From a virus, in the IMG/VR virus record IMGVR_UViG_3300044846_001970, positions 20,511 through 84,510 of that record: a stretch of DNA of 64,000 bases, one strand, 5' to 3'. The position numbers were made by a program, and so were the translations under genes. Shown piece by piece: positions 1 to 10,878 of this stretch. The notes beneath the pieces were generated by a model. The model saw only the letters and a program-made list of their open reading frames with translations. It did not search any database and had not been told where the DNA came from. How positions within the stretch are numbered: position 1 is the stretch's first letter; the number at the start of each line of letters is the position of its first letter.

Positions 1-1
1 C

Positions 2-1204
2 TTGACCACCTTGCATTTGCGCAGCCATCATCTGGGCCATTCTTGGGTCCATTTGTTGTTGAGGAGGCTGTTGCATTCCACCAGGTTGCCCTTGCATCAT
101 ACCTTGTTGTTGAGCAGCCATTTGTTGTTGCTGCTGTTGAGCATTTTGTTGATATTCTGAAAGAGCTGTAAGAACAAATTCCTGAGCTTGTCTATCAGGT
201 ATATTTAAATTCATTAATACTTTTTTAATATCATCTACTGAAACTTGGTTTTGAATTAGACTAATAATAATCTCAGTCATTGGTGTACCATTTTCCATTG
301 CAGATCTTACCTTATCAGTAATTTCAGATAACACTTGTTCTAATCCTTTTTTAGCTTGTGGTAAAAATCCACCACGTCTCATTCCAGGTTGTTGCATACC
401 AGGTTGTGGCATTTCTTGTGCTGTTTCTTCTGGCATAGCTACTGGAGAACCATCAGGCATTGTTGGTTGAGCACCTTGTGGTTGAGGTGCTTGTCCTTGA
501 GGAGCACCTTCCATTCCTTGTTGTGGAGCAGATTCTTCTTTTTGAGCATCTGGAAGAATGTCTGCTTCTGTTATATTATTTTCTTCCATATAGGCTTTTG
601 CAACTACAGGTATACCTTGAGGAAATCCTTTTTTACTTTCTTGTGCTAAAGCTAAAGCTCCTAATTTAGATACTGCTTTTTTAATCATTAATTGTGCAGT
701 CTGAACAGCAATCTTATCTGATGTAGAATCTTGAAGAATACCTCTATACTTATTTAGAGTTAAAAATTGTTTTGATAAATCTGCAGGAGTATAACCACCT
801 TTTTTAATAGGCTTGTTAAACATTTTAAGAATACCAGGATCTTTAATCATCATAGACTTAGTATCACTAAAAATAAAACTATCATCTGGAAGATTTAATG
901 GTACTCCATTATTTGAATGTCTTGGTCCTTTTATTTCATAAAATAAAGGATAACCAGAAGGATCAAATGTTAATACAGTCTCACCACCTTCAGCTTCTAG
1001 ATTAGCTTCTTCTCTAGGAACTTTAGTAATAGTTTTTGTTTGAACTGCATCTTTACTTGAAAGCTTTAGGTCAGCTCCACCAAATGAAGAAATATCATTA
1101 GCTAATGAACCATCAACTTGATATCCTGTTTTAGCTTTAGGAGGACTAGTAACCCTTACCTTATAAATATCAGGTTCTTGAGAAATTTTAACTCTATATT
1201 GCAT
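2..1204 (-). CDS. Virion cargo/ejection-type protein (partial, runs off window edge)
   Basis: Not in ORF track. Manual translation from ATG at 1204 gives MQYRVKISQ...ANLEAEGGETV...GPRHSNNGVPL...FIFSD, a motif seen in crAss-like cargo proteins, followed by Q/G/M/P-rich low complexity; reads in frame at both ends, down to position 2. Confidence 0.75.
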   Translation of the reverse strand, partial: MQYRVKISQEPDIYKVRVTSPPKAKTGYQVDGSLANDISSFGGADLKLSSKDAVQTKTITKVPREEANLEAEGGETVLTFDPSGYPLFYEIKGPRHSNNGVPLNLPDDSFIFSDTKSMMIKDPGILKMFNKPIKKGGYTPADLSKQFLTLNKYRGILQDSTSDKIAVQTAQLMIKKAVSKLGALALAQESKKGFPQGIPVVAKAYMEENNITEADILPDAQKEESAPQQGMEGAPQGQAPQPQGAQPTMPDGSPVAMPEETAQEMPQPGMQQPGMRRGGFLPQAKKGLEQVLSEITDKVRSAMENGTPMTEIIISLIQNQVSVDDIKKVLMNLNIPDRQAQEFVLTALSEYQQNAQQQQQQMAAQQQGMMQGQPGGMQQPPQQQMDPRMAQMMAAQMQGGQ

Positions 1205-1209
1205 ATTAG

Positions 1210-4200
1210 TTATTTTAAGTATTCTATTTTACCTCCGGCAGCTTCAATTTCTTTAATCTGTTTAAGAGTAAGTGTATATACTCTTCCTTTTTGATATTGT
1301 TTATTAGGTGTACCACCCATTTTAGTCACAACATTATTACCATCAAAACCAATATTCTGAATATTTTTACCATATTGATTGTACCAACCTTTATCTCCCA
1401 TTTGAGAACCAGCAATTTCTGCAGAACCAAATCCTGATTGTCCAGTATTAGGACTAGCTGCATCAGAAGATCTATTTTGTTCTCTAAATGCTTCATCCTG
1501 TTTAGCTTGACTCCAAGAATTAGCTCCCTTAGTAACTATATCAGTAAGACTTCCTTTACCAAATAAATCTGCACCCATTTGTTTAGGATCAAAGGTATAT
1601 GCATTTTGTGTAATAGTTCTACCAACAAAATTTGGATCATTAAATTCTGGTTGATCAACAGTAATACCATTTTTTGCTTCTTGTAGGTAACCACCATATT
1701 CTAAGAACTGTGCATAAGATGGAACAAAACCACCTTGTTGTCTTCTTATTACACCAAATTGATTTACAGGAGGTCCTGAAGGATTCTGTAAGCCATTGTT
1801 TTGTAAAAAAGGATTACCTAATCCTGGATTAGATAAACTAGTTCCTTGTGCATTACCTGCAGGTTGTTGTGGTTGACTAGTTCCTTGAGTAGAAGATGAT
1901 GGTTGATAAGTTGTATTTGTTGCTCCTACAACAGGAACTCCTGGATTTCCAACAGCTAAATTAGGATCAGCTGGTTTACCAGGAGCATTCATATTTACTT
2001 GAGGATTTACTGCAGGAGAACTTGGATTTAAAACATCAGGTTCATTAGCATTATCATCTGGACTACTTGGACCATCAGCATAATCTTCTGGAAATGCAGC
2101 TCTTCCTCTAGCTTCATCTGCAGCTGCTTTTTTTTCACCTTTAGCAATTTTTCTTTGAGTACTCTTTTTAAAAGAAGAATAATCTCCAGAATTTGTTCCA
2201 CTGGAGTTAGTTGCATTAGCACCAGGTGCACCATCAGTTCCATTAGTACCAGGAGTTGTTCCAGGAGCACCATCTGCACTTGCAGGATCTTTAGCAGGAT
2301 CTTTAGAAGGATCAGCATACCAATCAGTAACTCTTTTATTATCAAATGGATTCCATTTATTACCTCTATCTTTATAAGTTTCTTGTCTCATATGTTCTGT
2401 TCCTTCAGGAACATTCCAGTTAGGAGAAAAACCTTGTGTATAACTAAAGTCTTTTGAAAAACCAAAACCAAGTTTTTTTGGAGGACCAAACTGCATATTA
2501 CCTTGTTGTCCTTGTTGTGATTTTTGATATTGTAAAAATTGTTCTATTTGTTGTGGAGTAAATTGTTGTTGTCCAGGAGCAGTAGTATTGGTATTGGTAG
2601 TTGTAGTTGTTGTAGTAGGGGCTGGTTGTTTTGTATTAGAACTAGGAATATTGCTAAAAGCATTTGAGCTATTAGCACCAATTAAATTTTCATTTGGTAC
2701 TCCTTGTGTATTTCCTTTAGCAAATGGATTAGTTAATTCAGCACTTAATTCTGGTTTAAATTTTGAAGAACCATCTATATTAAATTTATTTTTAGCCCAT
2801 CTATCAAAACCTCCACCAGGACCAAAACTTTGAATACCTCCACCATAAGCATATTCATCTCCACCATATATAAACTTTAATAATTCAGGATTATTAGGAT
2901 CTATCATAGATTGATCAACATATCCTCCATCATCCATATATCTTCCAACTTGCATACCGTATGCTGCCATAGGATCTACATCCATATCATCTGTATAGGG
3001 AACTTGTGAAGGATCTATAGGATCTATGGTGCCATCATTACTAGGATCTTGAGGAATAAATTTATTTAAATTTTGTTGTTTTTGATTTTGGTAAGACCCA
3101 GGGATCATTGAGGCATAAGGATTAGCAAAAGGATTTGTTAATAAACTTTCTGCACTAGGAAGACTTACCTCTGGTACAACAGGTAAACCATCTGGACCAA
3201 TACATTGATCAGAAGAAGCATCATATACAGCTCCTGGAGGACAATTTAATCCTTTTTTATTAGAAGATAAATGACCTTGTGTTGCACTTGAACTTTTTGT
3301 ATTTCCAGCAACTTCATCTAAGGCTTTATTATTAACACTTGTAATAACTTTTTGTCTAACTTGTGATGGATAAGAAACTGATTTCCAACTTCCTCTATTC
3401 ATTCCAGACATCATTCCTGGCATCATTCCATATGCTCCAGGTAAAAGATTCACAAGATTTCCTAAAGCTTTTACATCCCAATCAGCTGTAGCTTTTCTTA
3501 TACCACCTAATGGTCCAAATTCATAACTAGTATTAACACCTGGTATTGAATGAGGTGTTCCAAATAAAGCTCTGTTAGCTCTTCTTATCCGGCCTCCACG
3601 GCCATATTCATTTTTCATAATAGTTGTATTTAATGCATTTTCATCCATTTTTGACATAGTGTGCTGTAATGCTTCTCCATAACCATGAAGTTCATCAATC
3701 CAATCATGAGGCTCTTGAGCTCCACCATTTGCTTTTGTATTCATATTTTGATAGGACTCTTCAGCTTGTTTTTTCATCATTGCCTCATTACCCATTTGTT
3801 TTACAGTACTTGCAAACATTTTATTTTGTTTTGTATTATTACCCATTGGGTCACCAATACTTCCTGCTGGAGGTAAATAAAATTCACTGTTTTCTACTTC
3901 TTCTCCTTCTGCAGCTTTTCTAAGTTTTTTTATATAATCATTAATATATTTACTTTTACTTTGTTTACTTCCTCCAAAAGCAAAAGATGCTGGTACAGCA
4001 TTAGCATCCATTCCTACAAAGTAAGGTTGTTTAGCTTCAGGAATAACATTATCATTCATATACTGTCCACCTTCTGCATACTCTGCATCTTCATAACCAT
4101 CATCTTCATTAGCAAGTTCACTTCCCAAATTATTACTTTCATAGTAACCATACGTTTCACTATCAGGTATTTCTTCTACAGCTTCTACTTCTTCTACTTT

Positions 4201-4497
4201 TTTATTATAAGGAGCTTCTTTATCATATGGAGCAGTTTGTGAAGATGAGTTATAGTTATCTAATTCTTGAAGTGTATCATACATTTCATATACAGTATCT
4301 TCAATTTTTTCTCTAGGTATTTTAAAATCTACTAATGCAGAAATAACTTCTTCTGGAGAAGTTCCATTACTTAATTCAGAATCAATGTATGCATCAATAG
4401 TATCTGATTGTCCACCCGCTTTCTTAACAAACTTATTAAGCTTGCTAATAAATCTTGGAGTTTCTCCAGGTTGTGCTTTACGTATTTTTACTTTCAT
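1210..4497 (-). CDS. Large low-complexity virion cargo/ejection-type protein with many xxxGG motifs
   Basis: 1095 aa, P/G/N/Q-rich, ~12 xxxGG motifs; located downstream of the tail stabilization gene, where crAss-like cargo genes lie. Confidence 0.65.
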   Translation of the reverse strand: MKVKIRKAQPGETPRFISKLNKFVKKAGGQSDTIDAYIDSELSNGTSPEEVISALVDFKIPREKIEDTVYEMYDTLQELDNYNSSSQTAPYDKEAPYNKKVEEVEAVEEIPDSETYGYYESNNLGSELANEDDGYEDAEYAEGGQYMNDNVIPEAKQPYFVGMDANAVPASFAFGGSKQSKSKYINDYIKKLRKAAEGEEVENSEFYLPPAGSIGDPMGNNTKQNKMFASTVKQMGNEAMMKKQAEESYQNMNTKANGGAQEPHDWIDELHGYGEALQHTMSKMDENALNTTIMKNEYGRGGRIRRANRALFGTPHSIPGVNTSYEFGPLGGIRKATADWDVKALGNLVNLLPGAYGMMPGMMSGMNRGSWKSVSYPSQVRQKVITSVNNKALDEVAGNTKSSSATQGHLSSNKKGLNCPPGAVYDASSDQCIGPDGLPVVPEVSLPSAESLLTNPFANPYASMIPGSYQNQKQQNLNKFIPQDPSNDGTIDPIDPSQVPYTDDMDVDPMAAYGMQVGRYMDDGGYVDQSMIDPNNPELLKFIYGGDEYAYGGGIQSFGPGGGFDRWAKNKFNIDGSSKFKPELSAELTNPFAKGNTQGVPNENLIGANSSNAFSNIPSSNTKQPAPTTTTTTTNTNTTAPGQQQFTPQQIEQFLQYQKSQQGQQGNMQFGPPKKLGFGFSKDFSYTQGFSPNWNVPEGTEHMRQETYKDRGNKWNPFDNKRVTDWYADPSKDPAKDPASADGAPGTTPGTNGTDGAPGANATNSSGTNSGDYSSFKKSTQRKIAKGEKKAAADEARGRAAFPEDYADGPSSPDDNANEPDVLNPSSPAVNPQVNMNAPGKPADPNLAVGNPGVPVVGATNTTYQPSSSTQGTSQPQQPAGNAQGTSLSNPGLGNPFLQNNGLQNPSGPPVNQFGVIRRQQGGFVPSYAQFLEYGGYLQEAKNGITVDQPEFNDPNFVGRTITQNAYTFDPKQMGADLFGKGSLTDIVTKGANSWSQAKQDEAFREQNRSSDAASPNTGQSGFGSAEIAGSQMGDKGWYNQYGKNIQNIGFDGNNVVTKMGGTPNKQYQKGRVYTLTLKQIKEIEAAGGKIEYLK

Positions 4498-4557
4498 AAT
4501 AATATATATATTAAATATACTAAATTTTAATTTAGTATTTAAACTAAATAAGTTTAC

Positions 4558-7500
4558 TTATTTAAAACCTTTTTCTTTCATATACTTTAGAATACGTTGA
4601 TATTCTTTTGCAGTAACATCAGGTTTTCTATCTGGAGAAATCATTTGATGTGATATAACATCTTTTAAAGATAAATTATATTTTGTAGCAATAGGACTAT
4701 AATATTCTATAAAAGATTTTATTTGAGCTTCTGTTAAAGGAGTATTTACTGTATTACCTTGAAACTCAACACCAATACTAAAATCATTTACATCTTTTCT
4801 TCCATTCCATTCAGACTCTCCAGCATGGAAAGTTACTTGTTCAGGTGAAGCATATACTGTTCTTTTACCATCTTCTTCAATAACAACATGAGATGAACTT
4901 TTTCCTGGTGTCATATATTGAGTTCTAACTTGACCCTCATTATTTTTAACATCTTCATAAGCAGTATGATGTAATACAATATTTTTTACTTCATTTTTTA
5001 ATTTATGACCTTTTTTATAACTTGCATCATTTTTAGTTCTAAGGTTAGGCATGTCAAGTACATACTCTTCTTCATACTCATTAACAGGAGTTTTATAATT
5101 CATTATATATAAACCATTTCCTCCAGATGAATTTTCATTGTCATATGCTTTTAATCTGTCTGCAGTAAGTTTTTTATCATCATAAGATAATCCTCTTGAA
5201 TATGTTCCATTATCTAAAGTCCAAGCTTCAAGATATTGATTAGTTCCTTTTAATTTTTTAAATTCTTTTTTTATAGTTGATAAACTTCCAGATACTAAAT
5301 ATTGTTGTTTAGTTACAGGGTTAACAAAAAGAATTCTTCCTCCTTGAATTGAACCATAATAATCATCTTTATCTTTACCTTTTGTTAAAATATTTAAAGA
5401 ACCATCTTTTATTTTACCATTCTCAAGTACTTTTACTTTAGGTTGTTTGTATCCAGGATTACCTGATTTAGAACCATCTACATATAAATCTTCAATATCT
5501 ATAATCTTATTCATATAAGTTTGACTAAACTTCCAGTCTTTGTTATTTTTAAAATCTTTAAATTGTCCAGTATGTAAATTACCATCAGCATCTAAAGCAA
5601 ATACACTTGTATTATCTGTTATATTTTTTAATTTATCAGAATTTGTGAATGGATGGAAAGTTGTAAGTTCTAAACCTTCAGATTCAATATCATTATAATC
5701 TCCTCTATTTCTATAACCTAATTTTATATTTGATATAGGTAAGACTTGTTGTTTATAATTTCTATTACTATTAGGTATAGTAAATGATTGTTGAGTACTA
5801 TTTAAATTTTTATAATACTCACTTATGCCTAATGGATTATCATTTTCTTTTAATTCAGGTACTTTAATATCATCATCATCTATAAGCCCATAAGTTTTAC
5901 TTTTACGAATTATACCTTGACTAACATATTCTATGTACTCACCTATAGATTCTTTAGTATCTTTTATAAATTCACCTGTGTCTTCAATTGTTTCTTTAAA
6001 AGGATAATTTGTTTGAAAATCAGACATCTTAGGTGTAATAGGTTTTATTTCTTTTCCATTAGCATCATAAGATTTTTTATTAAAATCTTGTTTACTAAAT
6101 TGAGCTGCCATAGAATTAGGAATAGGCTCTACTTTATTTATTGGTTCTGGTTTTAATAAAGCTTTTTGTTGGGCAATAGTAGTTAACCTATTAAATAAAT
6201 CTTTTTCAAAATTTTCATTAATATTTTCTTTTGCTTTAGTTTTACCTTGTGTAAATGCTTGATCTATATATTTTTTTATATTACTAGGAGAAACAATTTT
6301 TGGTTCTTCAAAAGTAGTTATTCCAAATTTACTTAATATATCTTTTGGTGTTTCAACCTTTACTTCTTTTTGTGCTATACCAGGTCTTTGTAAATTTTTT
6401 ATAAAAGTAGCTACATCAATTTTTGGTGCAACAATAGGATCTTTTGCTTTAGGTTTAGGAGTTAGTATTGGTTTAGCATTTTCTATTTGTTTAGGAAATA
6501 CCTTAGAAAAAGGAATTCCTTTTGGAGCTATAGTTGCTGCATACTTTTTAAGATCTTCTTTAACAACAGTTTCTATTTTCTTTTCTATTTGCTTTGGGAA
6601 TACTTTAGGTAGAGGAATTCCTTTTGGCTTACTTTGTGCAGCATACTTACTAAGGTCTTCTTTAATAGGAGTACTTAACTCTGAAAACATATTTGTTAAA
6701 CCTTCTTTAGTACCTATACGTTTAGCAACTAAGTCTTCAAGAGTAGCACCTTTACTAATCATTCTGCTTACCATATTTTTGTATGCTTCATGATTAAAAG
6801 TTTCTTTTCTATTAGGTATTTTAGCTTCTCCAAATTCTCCTTCTAATATTTTTTTTCTTAAACTCATATTAGATTCAAAACTACCATCTGTTAAACCTTG
6901 TTTTTTAGCTTCAGACCATGGTGTACCAGTATATTGTTGCCAAAGTTGAGATACTGTTCCTCCATCAGCTTCTTTAGATAATTCATTATTATGTATTTCT
7001 TCTACTACATATCCTTCAGCAATAAGTTTTTGAATTTCTGATTTAGAAATATTTGTTTCTATTGCCCCACCTTCTTTTTTAAGTTTACCAACTCTTTGTG
7101 CTAATTTAGAAAATACTATTGGAGCTCCAGTATTTATAGTTTTACTTGTTCCATCTGCTTTTCTAATTATATTAAATCCATCTCCTGATTCTACAGAATT
7201 TTCAAATGAAAATAATGATCTTGCTCCAGCTAAGAATGGATATAATGTTGGATCACTATACTTTGTAAATGGTAATATATTAGATGCACCTTTTATTAAA
7301 TTAAATGTTCCACCTCCTATATCTCCTTGAGAATAATCAACTAAAGCATTTGGTATATGTTTAGTTCCTGTATTATACACACCATAACCTCCTAATAAAT
7401 TATTAGCATTAAGTCCTGGTAAAGCTTTAATAGGTTCATACTTTAAATAAGGAGATGCTTTTTTAGATACCTTCATTATAGTTCTAGGCACCAATCCAAA

Positions 7501-10500
7501 AAAGGCATCTGCTGGACCAGCTAAAGTTTTTGCTGCTAATGCTGATCCTCTAAGTCCTGATGCTACTTCTGCTGCTGGTAATATAATATTTAAAGGATTT
7601 GCTAATGTAGCTTGATCATAACTAACATTAGATTTTAATTCTCCACTTAATATACCAGGAGATTCTTGATAATTTCCTCCAGAAGCAGTAGATAAATCTA
7701 CTACAGAATTCATAATACCCGCTCCTAAAGCATCTACACCTGATAATGTTTCAAGAGCACCTGTAGAACTATTATGTATAGCATCATATTCTTTTTTAGT
7801 AAAGTGTTTACGAAGAGCTTTTGAATCTATATAATCTTTATTATAATCACCTAATAAAGCTGGAACACCTGTTGCTTTAATTAAAAAATTACCAAGTTCT
7901 TGTGCTCCAGCAGCAGTTTTAGCCCAAAGAGATGGTTTTAATTTAGATCCATATTTTGAGTTTGCTGCCATATCATAACTTACAGCTCCTTTATCTGCTA
8001 ATTTTTCAACTAACTCAGCATGATTATTTGGATTAATTCCATTATCTTTAGCAAATTTTTCAATTACTGCACTGTTCTTGTCATATTCCCAATTTTTGTT
8101 ATAATTACTTTCTACTTTTTCTGGAAAGTTATCTTGACTAAGTCCAGCCAATCTATTTAAACCTTTATGTTTATTAAGATATTCAGCCTTTTTTTGATAT
8201 ACATAAGCATCTCTAGGATGAGCTTCTTCATAAGCAGTTGTATATGGTGAGTATTGATTAGTATTTACTTGTCGTATATCTTGTACTCTTTCTGTAAGAG
8301 CCATTGGACTTACACACTCTCCTGTTACAGGATCTCTTTGAAATCCTTGTGGACAAGGTTCTCCACCATCATCCATATGATTTAATGAAGGTACAGAAAT
8401 GTCTTCTATAACATAACCTCCTTTTCTATATTCTTCTATTTCTTCTGGAGATAAGTCAGCTATTATTCCACCATCTTCATAATCTTTTCTTCTGTGTAAA
8501 TAAGGAGTTGAAAAAGTATGTTTCTTTTTACCATTAAATAAAGGACCTAAAGGAAAATGTTTATTTAATCTTGGTGTAGTAAAAGAATGCCATTTTTTAT
8601 CCCATTCCCAATCTGATCCTTTAAGTTCTTCTGGATAGTCTTGTGTACCCATAGATTCTATTAAAGGACTTTCTTGTTTATTTATTACTGGTTCTACAGT
8701 AGGTACTATTACTTCTTCTTTAACAGGATCTATTATTTTAACAGGATCTATTACTTCTTCTTTAATGGGTTCAATTGGTATAACAGGTTCTTCTTCTTTA
8801 TTATAACCTAATAAATAATTTGATGGTTTTGCATAGACTGGATAAAAATGTCCACCACCAGGATGTCCTTTAAAACCTATTGGTTTAACTGAAGATTTAG
8901 CCATCATTTTTTTCCATTCACCAAATGAAACCATTGGTTCATTTATAAATGGAATACCATCTTGAGGTGGCATTAATTTTCCAGTACCATATGACATCCA
9001 CGGATCCCATCCAGTTCTAGGTATAGACTCAAAAGTTTTATAAAATTTATCTTTAGCTGATATAGTTCCATATTTTTTAAGTCTAGCAGCCTCATAAGTA
9101 TTATGATTGTTAACTCTAGTAATATATTGATTATATAATTTTTGTTGTTCTTTTTTTGTTATATTTGATTTTGCTAATTCTGCCTCACTATATACTATTT
9201 TTGTATTTTTAGGAATAATTTTACATTCAGTTCCTGTCCAGTATTGTCCTTCGGGACAACCACCTTCCATAGGAGAAAAAATTATTTTTTGTTCAGAAGC
9301 TCCACCTTTCTTTGCATGTATTAATCCTTGACCACCACACTTATGACAAGTAGTAATATCATCACCACCATCTGCAGCATCCCATTCCCAACCACATTTT
9401 TTACATGTTACTTTCTTGGTAAGTAAAGCACCACCTTTAGCAGCTACTTTAATTTCTTCTTCTCCTTCATTATTTTTAGAAATATTTTGAAGCATCCAAA
9501 GAATTTCCTCATCTGTAAATTGTTTTCTAAGATCTTTAATTGGTTTCATTGGTTGCCAATTATCATCACTTCTTTTTTTATTTATATAATTTTGAAATAT
9601 TTCTGGAGTAATTTGTTCTGTAAATGGATCATAAATACCTTCTTTTTTAGCAAGTTGTCTAATTTCTCCTAGTCTTGCTCTAACTTCAGTTGGTTGAGAA
9701 ATATAGTCATGACCTATAGTCTTCCATTCTTTTTGGTTAGAGTCAGAAGATATTTTATGATTTGTTTGAATTATATTTTTTAAATTTTCAAATTGTTTTT
9801 GAAAATCTTTGTCATCTTCAGTAAAACCTTGAGAATATAATATTTGTTTTATTTCTTCATCAGTTTGCATACTATAAGCTTCAGGCCATTTTTCTACTCT
9901 AGATTTATAGTCTTGATTATCTTTCCAATTAGAACCTCTATTTCTAGTAATATACAATTGATCAGATTCAGGCATTACTCTTTCACTAGATTCTTCCTTA
10001 TCATTTGGAAATCTTGGATCTTTAGAATTTATAAAATCCCAATTATATATTCCTTTTGGTCTATCAGATGTATGAAAATATTCATGTGTGTACATAGAAG
10101 GTCCATACTCAAAACCTTCAGGATACACTTTTACCTCTCCTGTTAAACTATTTGAAGTTGCTGCGGGGTTAAAACCATGAGAACTAATAGTTGACGTAGC
10201 CATAATATTTATCGGAGGTATATCAGCAATATTTTCTTTTCTAAGTTTTGTAACATAATCTGCACCTAGTTGATTACCATCAAAACTATTAAGAACCATT
10301 TGATTATACATAGGTGAGTCATGCCAACCCTTAACAAAGTCTAATCCTTCATCAGCATATTTAGGTTCATTTACTAAAGCTTTTTTATAAGCTTCATTTT
10401 TTTCTATATCCTCAAAATATTTTTTTTCTGTAATTTTTTCTTTTTTTCTAATAGCTTTTGTTTCTTCATCAGGTTCAGAAATTAATTTTTTATCAATAGT

Positions 10501-10878
10501 ACTTAATGGAATTAAACTCATGTTTACTGGATCATAACCATACTTTCCACTATATAAATAATGTTTTATTTGATCATTATATTTAAGACTTATTTTATCA
10601 GGATCAGCAGAATGCATTGCCCAATTTGCAACTCCATCTATAAGTTTTTGATCAGTAGCATATGTTATAAGTCTTGTACATTTTTCACCATCCCAATATT
10701 CCCCATCTTTACATTTATTTTTTTCTCCACCTTTATCAAATCTATATTTAGCTTTAGGATTATATACTCCAGGTGCTTTCTTTTTTCTTTTTCTAAAAAG
10801 TGGACTTTTTTTAAATAGTCTATTTGTAGCAAACAAATTGCTATTACCTTTTTCACCACCTGCTTTATAATTTTCCAT
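4558..10878 (-). CDS. Multidomain virion protein: zincin-like HExxH peptidase, Zn-ribbon, Cys mini-modules, C-terminal N-acetylmuramoyl-L-alanine amidase
   Basis: THEYFH plus YISQPTEVRAR; CKKC..CHKC; C-terminal IVLHHT...SSHVVI...FHAGES...SIGVEF...SHQMISPDRKPD amidase_2 signature. Confidence 0.75.
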   Translation of the reverse strand: MENYKAGGEKGNSNLFATNRLFKKSPLFRKRKKKAPGVYNPKAKYRFDKGGEKNKCKDGEYWDGEKCTRLITYATDQKLIDGVANWAMHSADPDKISLKYNDQIKHYLYSGKYGYDPVNMSLIPLSTIDKKLISEPDEETKAIRKKEKITEKKYFEDIEKNEAYKKALVNEPKYADEGLDFVKGWHDSPMYNQMVLNSFDGNQLGADYVTKLRKENIADIPPINIMATSTISSHGFNPAATSNSLTGEVKVYPEGFEYGPSMYTHEYFHTSDRPKGIYNWDFINSKDPRFPNDKEESSERVMPESDQLYITRNRGSNWKDNQDYKSRVEKWPEAYSMQTDEEIKQILYSQGFTEDDKDFQKQFENLKNIIQTNHKISSDSNQKEWKTIGHDYISQPTEVRARLGEIRQLAKKEGIYDPFTEQITPEIFQNYINKKRSDDNWQPMKPIKDLRKQFTDEEILWMLQNISKNNEGEEEIKVAAKGGALLTKKVTCKKCGWEWDAADGGDDITTCHKCGGQGLIHAKKGGASEQKIIFSPMEGGCPEGQYWTGTECKIIPKNTKIVYSEAELAKSNITKKEQQKLYNQYITRVNNHNTYEAARLKKYGTISAKDKFYKTFESIPRTGWDPWMSYGTGKLMPPQDGIPFINEPMVSFGEWKKMMAKSSVKPIGFKGHPGGGHFYPVYAKPSNYLLGYNKEEEPVIPIEPIKEEVIDPVKIIDPVKEEVIVPTVEPVINKQESPLIESMGTQDYPEELKGSDWEWDKKWHSFTTPRLNKHFPLGPLFNGKKKHTFSTPYLHRRKDYEDGGIIADLSPEEIEEYRKGGYVIEDISVPSLNHMDDGGEPCPQGFQRDPVTGECVSPMALTERVQDIRQVNTNQYSPYTTAYEEAHPRDAYVYQKKAEYLNKHKGLNRLAGLSQDNFPEKVESNYNKNWEYDKNSAVIEKFAKDNGINPNNHAELVEKLADKGAVSYDMAANSKYGSKLKPSLWAKTAAGAQELGNFLIKATGVPALLGDYNKDYIDSKALRKHFTKKEYDAIHNSSTGALETLSGVDALGAGIMNSVVDLSTASGGNYQESPGILSGELKSNVSYDQATLANPLNIILPAAEVASGLRGSALAAKTLAGPADAFFGLVPRTIMKVSKKASPYLKYEPIKALPGLNANNLLGGYGVYNTGTKHIPNALVDYSQGDIGGGTFNLIKGASNILPFTKYSDPTLYPFLAGARSLFSFENSVESGDGFNIIRKADGTSKTINTGAPIVFSKLAQRVGKLKKEGGAIETNISKSEIQKLIAEGYVVEEIHNNELSKEADGGTVSQLWQQYTGTPWSEAKKQGLTDGSFESNMSLRKKILEGEFGEAKIPNRKETFNHEAYKNMVSRMISKGATLEDLVAKRIGTKEGLTNMFSELSTPIKEDLSKYAAQSKPKGIPLPKVFPKQIEKKIETVVKEDLKKYAATIAPKGIPFSKVFPKQIENAKPILTPKPKAKDPIVAPKIDVATFIKNLQRPGIAQKEVKVETPKDILSKFGITTFEEPKIVSPSNIKKYIDQAFTQGKTKAKENINENFEKDLFNRLTTIAQQKALLKPEPINKVEPIPNSMAAQFSKQDFNKKSYDANGKEIKPITPKMSDFQTNYPFKETIEDTGEFIKDTKESIGEYIEYVSQGIIRKSKTYGLIDDDDIKVPELKENDNPLGISEYYKNLNSTQQSFTIPNSNRNYKQQVLPISNIKLGYRNRGDYNDIESEGLELTTFHPFTNSDKLKNITDNTSVFALDADGNLHTGQFKDFKNNKDWKFSQTYMNKIIDIEDLYVDGSKSGNPGYKQPKVKVLENGKIKDGSLNILTKGKDKDDYYGSIQGGRILFVNPVTKQQYLVSGSLSTIKKEFKKLKGTNQYLEAWTLDNGTYSRGLSYDDKKLTADRLKAYDNENSSGGNGLYIMNYKTPVNEYEEEYVLDMPNLRTKNDASYKKGHKLKNEVKNIVLHHTAYEDVKNNEGQVRTQYMTPGKSSSHVVIEEDGKRTVYASPEQVTFHAGESEWNGRKDVNDFSIGVEFQGNTVNTPLTEAQIKSFIEYYSPIATKYNLSLKDVISHQMISPDRKPDVTAKEYQRILKYMKEKGFK

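Noticed and set aside
4558-10878. Virion RNA polymerase
   Set aside because: No DxDxD catalytic motif recognised; the giant RNAP gene expected in crAss-like phages probably lies beyond the left edge of the window.
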